The notes below the pieces were generated by a model that was not told where the DNA came from, did not search any database, and saw nothing but the letters and a program-made list of their open reading frames with translations. From the NCBI GenBank assembly GCA_026770705.1, contig JANJGN010000009.1, positions 61,256,001-61,320,000 on the forward strand: DNA of 64,000 nucleotides, in the 5' to 3' direction. Within the stretch, counting starts at the first letter, position 1; each line of letters begins with the position of its first letter. The position numbers and the translations under genes were made by a program. Origin of the DNA: Isurus oxyrinchus (lineage: Eukaryota). Below are positions 63,192 through 64,000 of the stretch, one piece after another.

Positions 63192-64000
63192 TGTTATGAT
63201 ATGGCAGATGGCATTTGCCAGGCTGACTAAATCCACAAGGGAAACTTAGCCATGCTATCACAATGGTTTTGCAATTTGTATTTATTACAAGAATGTTTAT
63301 GCACTGATTTCAGAACGAATGGGTCTGCTAACACCTTTAGAGCTTTAAAAAATTGAATTAAAACATTTATTAACAAAAGAAAAGAATAAAACACATACAC
63401 AAGATTACAGTTACACAGTTACTTAATATTATAACAATTTCCAAAACTCCTGCTTATCCAAATTCCCAACTACACCCTTTTAAGGGAACAGTCCAAAATA
63501 GATTTTAAATTTATAGAGACAACCCGGTAAGGTTACCACAAGCACCTATTCGACAGTGGAATTCCAAAGGCTTTTAACACATCTTTGGTTACTGTAACAG
63601 CAGACTTCTGCAAAGTGGCTAGAGGCTTTTCCCCAAATCTGTTTCACATGCTGTACCTTTCAGATCTCACACAGCCACACCTAGATAGCCCTCCATCCTT
63701 CTTTAAATCTATTTTTCCTTTTTTGATTTGTAAATCCCATTGTTCTCCCATGCCTTTGGAATTTACTTTTCCCATAATATAAAAATCTTTTATGTTGTCA
63801 TTATGGTCAGCACTTTTGGGAAAAATCAATGTAATAACCTTGCCCTATTTATCTTGCCAGTCGTATAAACCATATCATGTCTCTCTGAAAATCCAACAAC
63901 TTTTCCCCTTATCTAAAAATGCAAATTCCCTTTTACTTATCTTGCCTATTAGTAATTAAAATTTATTTTTTCCACTTCTTTTGAGAATTTAAACCTTGCA
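63192..64000 (-). mobile_element. Probable LTR, same family as 55892-56813 (runs off the window end)
   Basis: Colinear similarity, e.g. AAATCCACAAGG.AAACTT.GCCATGCT.TCACAA. Confidence 0.65.

Overview
Eukaryotic, transposon-saturated intronic or intergenic DNA. The repeat content (Deu-core SINE, CR1 with esterase ORF1, Harbinger-type MITEs, Neptune-type Penelope) suggests a cartilaginous fish, which is an inference. The main feature is a very young head-to-tail tandem array (3334-bp unit, 1 substitution seen) of a Penelope-like retroelement (PLE) on the minus strand. One copy has an intact 918-926 aa RT + GIY-YIG ORF, and each unit carries a minimal type-I hammerhead ribozyme (HHR) motif with a non-canonical CUGUCGA core. 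The same family has left short HHR-containing inserts across the window with 14-16 bp target duplications, including a two-HHR, 500-nt-spaced retrozyme-like mini-element and fold-back (palindromic) inserts. Also present: three decayed Gypsy LTR elements with 5-bp TSDs (one with an internal inversion, one gag-protease-only), solo LTRs, CR1 LINEs, tRNA-derived SINEs, and Harbinger derivatives retaining only a Myb/SANT exon. No host gene can be identified; a few weak candidate exons are noted.
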